This document shows, in pieces, positions 62,305 to 64,000 of a stretch of 64,000 nucleotides of DNA. Numbering within the stretch: position 1 is the first letter of the stretch; the number at the start of each line of letters is the position of its first letter. Source of the stretch: Blepharisma stoltei ATCC 30299 (taxonomy: Eukaryota > Protista > Ciliophora); assembly GCA_965603825.1 (NCBI GenBank), contig CBFDEM010000018.1:806001-870000 (forward strand), given 5' to 3'. The position numbers and the translations under genes are program-made. Below the pieces are notes generated by a model. It was not told the origin of the DNA. It searched no databases and was given only the letters and a program-made list of their open reading frames with translations.

Positions 62305-63207
62305 ATGGATAGAAAAACTCTTATCATCCTTGGCTTAATCGGAGCAGCTCTTCTTGTCACTGCAATTTTACTTGCAGTTTCCTTTGACAGTGTAGAATAC
62401 ACTGAATACGGCCTTGACTACTCCTCAATATCAAAATCTGTCGGCACATCTCCTTATCTTGGTGGAATTTACCTATTAGGGATCGGCCACAGCTTTATCA
62501 AGTTCCCAAGAACTGTGCTCACAATAGATTTTTCAAATGACGCAAAATCAGACCGCCCTCAAATTGAAAGCCGCACTTCTGATGGGCTTGAAGTCCTTCT
62601 TGAAATTTCTTTCCAATACGAGCTTATTTCTGCCAATCTATACGATCTCTATATGAACTACGAGCTTAAATATCAGTATGTAATTGAAAATATTGCAATT
62701 GATACCCTAACTGATCAAGCCACCAAATACACTGCCTATGACTTTTTCATGAACCGTGCTAAAATTGGCACAGAAATGCAGCAAGCACTGGACGCCCAAT
62801 TAAGGAACAAGACTTACACCTCAGTACCATTTTTCCAGCTTCGTGACGTCGATTTGCCAGACGCTTTTGAATCAGCAATTCAGCTGTCTGAAGTGAAAAA
62901 GCAAGACATTCAGAAAGCTAATGCAGAAATGAATAAAATTAAAGTTGAAATAGAAACTAAGCTGCTTAAGGCAAATCTCAATAAAAGTGTGACAATTAAT
63001 TTGGCTAATGGTGAGGCAGAAGCTATAAAGCAAAACAATGAAGCGGAGGTAAATGGGTTCAATGCAACTGAAATGGCTGCTATTTATGGATATCAAGCTC
63101 TTAAAGAGTCAACAAATATGACTAACCCAGATCTGTTGAACTATTTGAAAGCCAGCATTGTAGAGAACTATGATGGGGACAAGCTAGTCGTTTCTTTCAA
63201 AAAATAA
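62305..63207 (+). CDS. SPFH/Band-7 family membrane protein
   Basis: N-terminal TM; SRTSDGLEVLLEISFQY, FQLRDVDLPDAFESAI, and an AEA-rich coiled coil. Confidence 0.85.
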   Translation: MDRKTLIILGLIGAALLVTAILLAVSFDSVEYTEYGLDYSSISKSVGTSPYLGGIYLLGIGHSFIKFPRTVLTIDFSNDAKSDRPQIESRTSDGLEVLLEISFQYELISANLYDLYMNYELKYQYVIENIAIDTLTDQATKYTAYDFFMNRAKIGTEMQQALDAQLRNKTYTSVPFFQLRDVDLPDAFESAIQLSEVKKQDIQKANAEMNKIKVEIETKLLKANLNKSVTINLANGEAEAIKQNNEAEVNGFNATEMAAIYGYQALKESTNMTNPDLLNYLKASIVENYDGDKLVVSFKK

Positions 63208-63218
63208 TTTTAGTTAAT

Positions 63219-64000
63219 TTATTCCATATGGTCTATCAAGTTCTTAAATTTCAGCTTGTTTGCACCATAAAGTTCGTTTAGTGGATATACACGATTAGTC
63301 GATACTTGGAGAGGCTTGGGCACACGATTGTCTTGACGATTAAGTAAAGAGCTAGCTAAGGTTTTATAAGCCTTGACAAGAGAAGCTACTTGGTCTTCGC
63401 CTTCTTTAAGCTCGTTCAATTCGTTAATTGTTATGTTGTCTTTTTCTGTAGCATTTGCGTTTATTTTTTCAGTGAAATCAATAATTCCTTGCAGAGGCTC
63501 TTTAATTGATTTTGCAAGGAAATTAATCAAAATTAAAAGCACAGAAATAGTTATAACTGAACAAATCATAGTGACTCCTAATAAGACCATGCCATATTCT
63601 TGAATCTTTGCCTTGCTGTCCTCACTATAAGACATAATTTCGCTTTCTTTTACAAAAAGCATCACTAAATACCATCAGTCATCTCCAGCAACCTGAGTTT
63701 GAGCTACCACTGGATACGAGGCCACTTGATATATTTCATGATTAATTACAATATAATGGACTCCGTATGGATCCTTTTTCACTTCCTTCCAAAAGTCTGA
63801 ATCAGACAGCTTATTCATATTAGTTATATTATTGCTTCACCAGCCCCTTCCCTGCGTTTTTAATATATCGCCATTATTATAAACCACACATGTTTCTCCG
63901 CTCTGCAAATATTTTACCAATGAGAGGCCTTCATATATAGCAATAACTGGCAAATCAACAACTAAAACTCCAATTTTATTATTGCCCGCATCATAAAGAG
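63219..64000 (-). CDS. Cache-domain / TM / HAMP sensor-like protein (5' part outside the window)
   Basis: Frame is open from 63998 with TGA=Trp: LYDAGNNKIGVLVVDLP...ETCVVYNNGDIL (dCache-like), a TM helix, SIKEPLQGIIDFTEKI...EDQVASLVKAYKTL (HAMP), then a short tail and TAA. Confidence 0.75.

Noticed and set aside
7672-63603. Antisense and alternate-frame ORFs in the track (e.g. 7672-8052, 15989-16381, 21074-21433, 34208-34639, 35355-35606, 35581-35853, 61266-61637)
   Set aside because: They overlap well-supported genes and lack motifs; they are shadows of codon bias or of the repeat.
2521-64000. TGA as selenocysteine or programmed readthrough
   Set aside because: TGAs align with conserved Trp, not Cys, and occur in many unrelated genes.
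1-64000. Telomeric repeats, transposase genes, IES boundaries, tRNAs
   Set aside because: None recognised by eye. IESs cannot be called without a germline comparison.

Overview
AT-rich, gene-dense eukaryotic DNA in which TGA is read as Trp, TAA/TAG are the stops, and introns are 15-16 nt. This combination matches a heterotrich ciliate macronuclear genome of the Blepharisma type (inference). The supplied ORF track stops at every TGA, so many listed fragments are pieces of one gene. Re-read this way, the window holds about 28 protein genes, one isolated 5S rRNA gene and a patch of decayed coding relics. The genes are: COX6B-like, DHHC, Rod/KNTC1, TPI, RING-less Not4, a Kelch/Cys-rich membrane protein, MATE, MORN, a USP32-like DUB, a truncated globin, DUF4485, a site-2 protease, a kinesin, TMEM41, Uso1-like, purple acid phosphatase, CCT, PRCP, FAIM-like, FYVE-like, SPFH, a partial Cache-HAMP protein, two unknowns and four receptor paralogs. 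The best candidate for an undescribed system is 39.5-56 kb: four intact tandem receptor genes of about 1,160-1,180 aa. Each has a signal peptide, two Venus-flytrap (ANF/periplasmic-binding type) domains and a ~9-TM module that does not look like a GPCR. The array shows nested duplication and a ~447-bp apparent gene-conversion tract. All homology calls come from motif recognition by eye; no database search was run.
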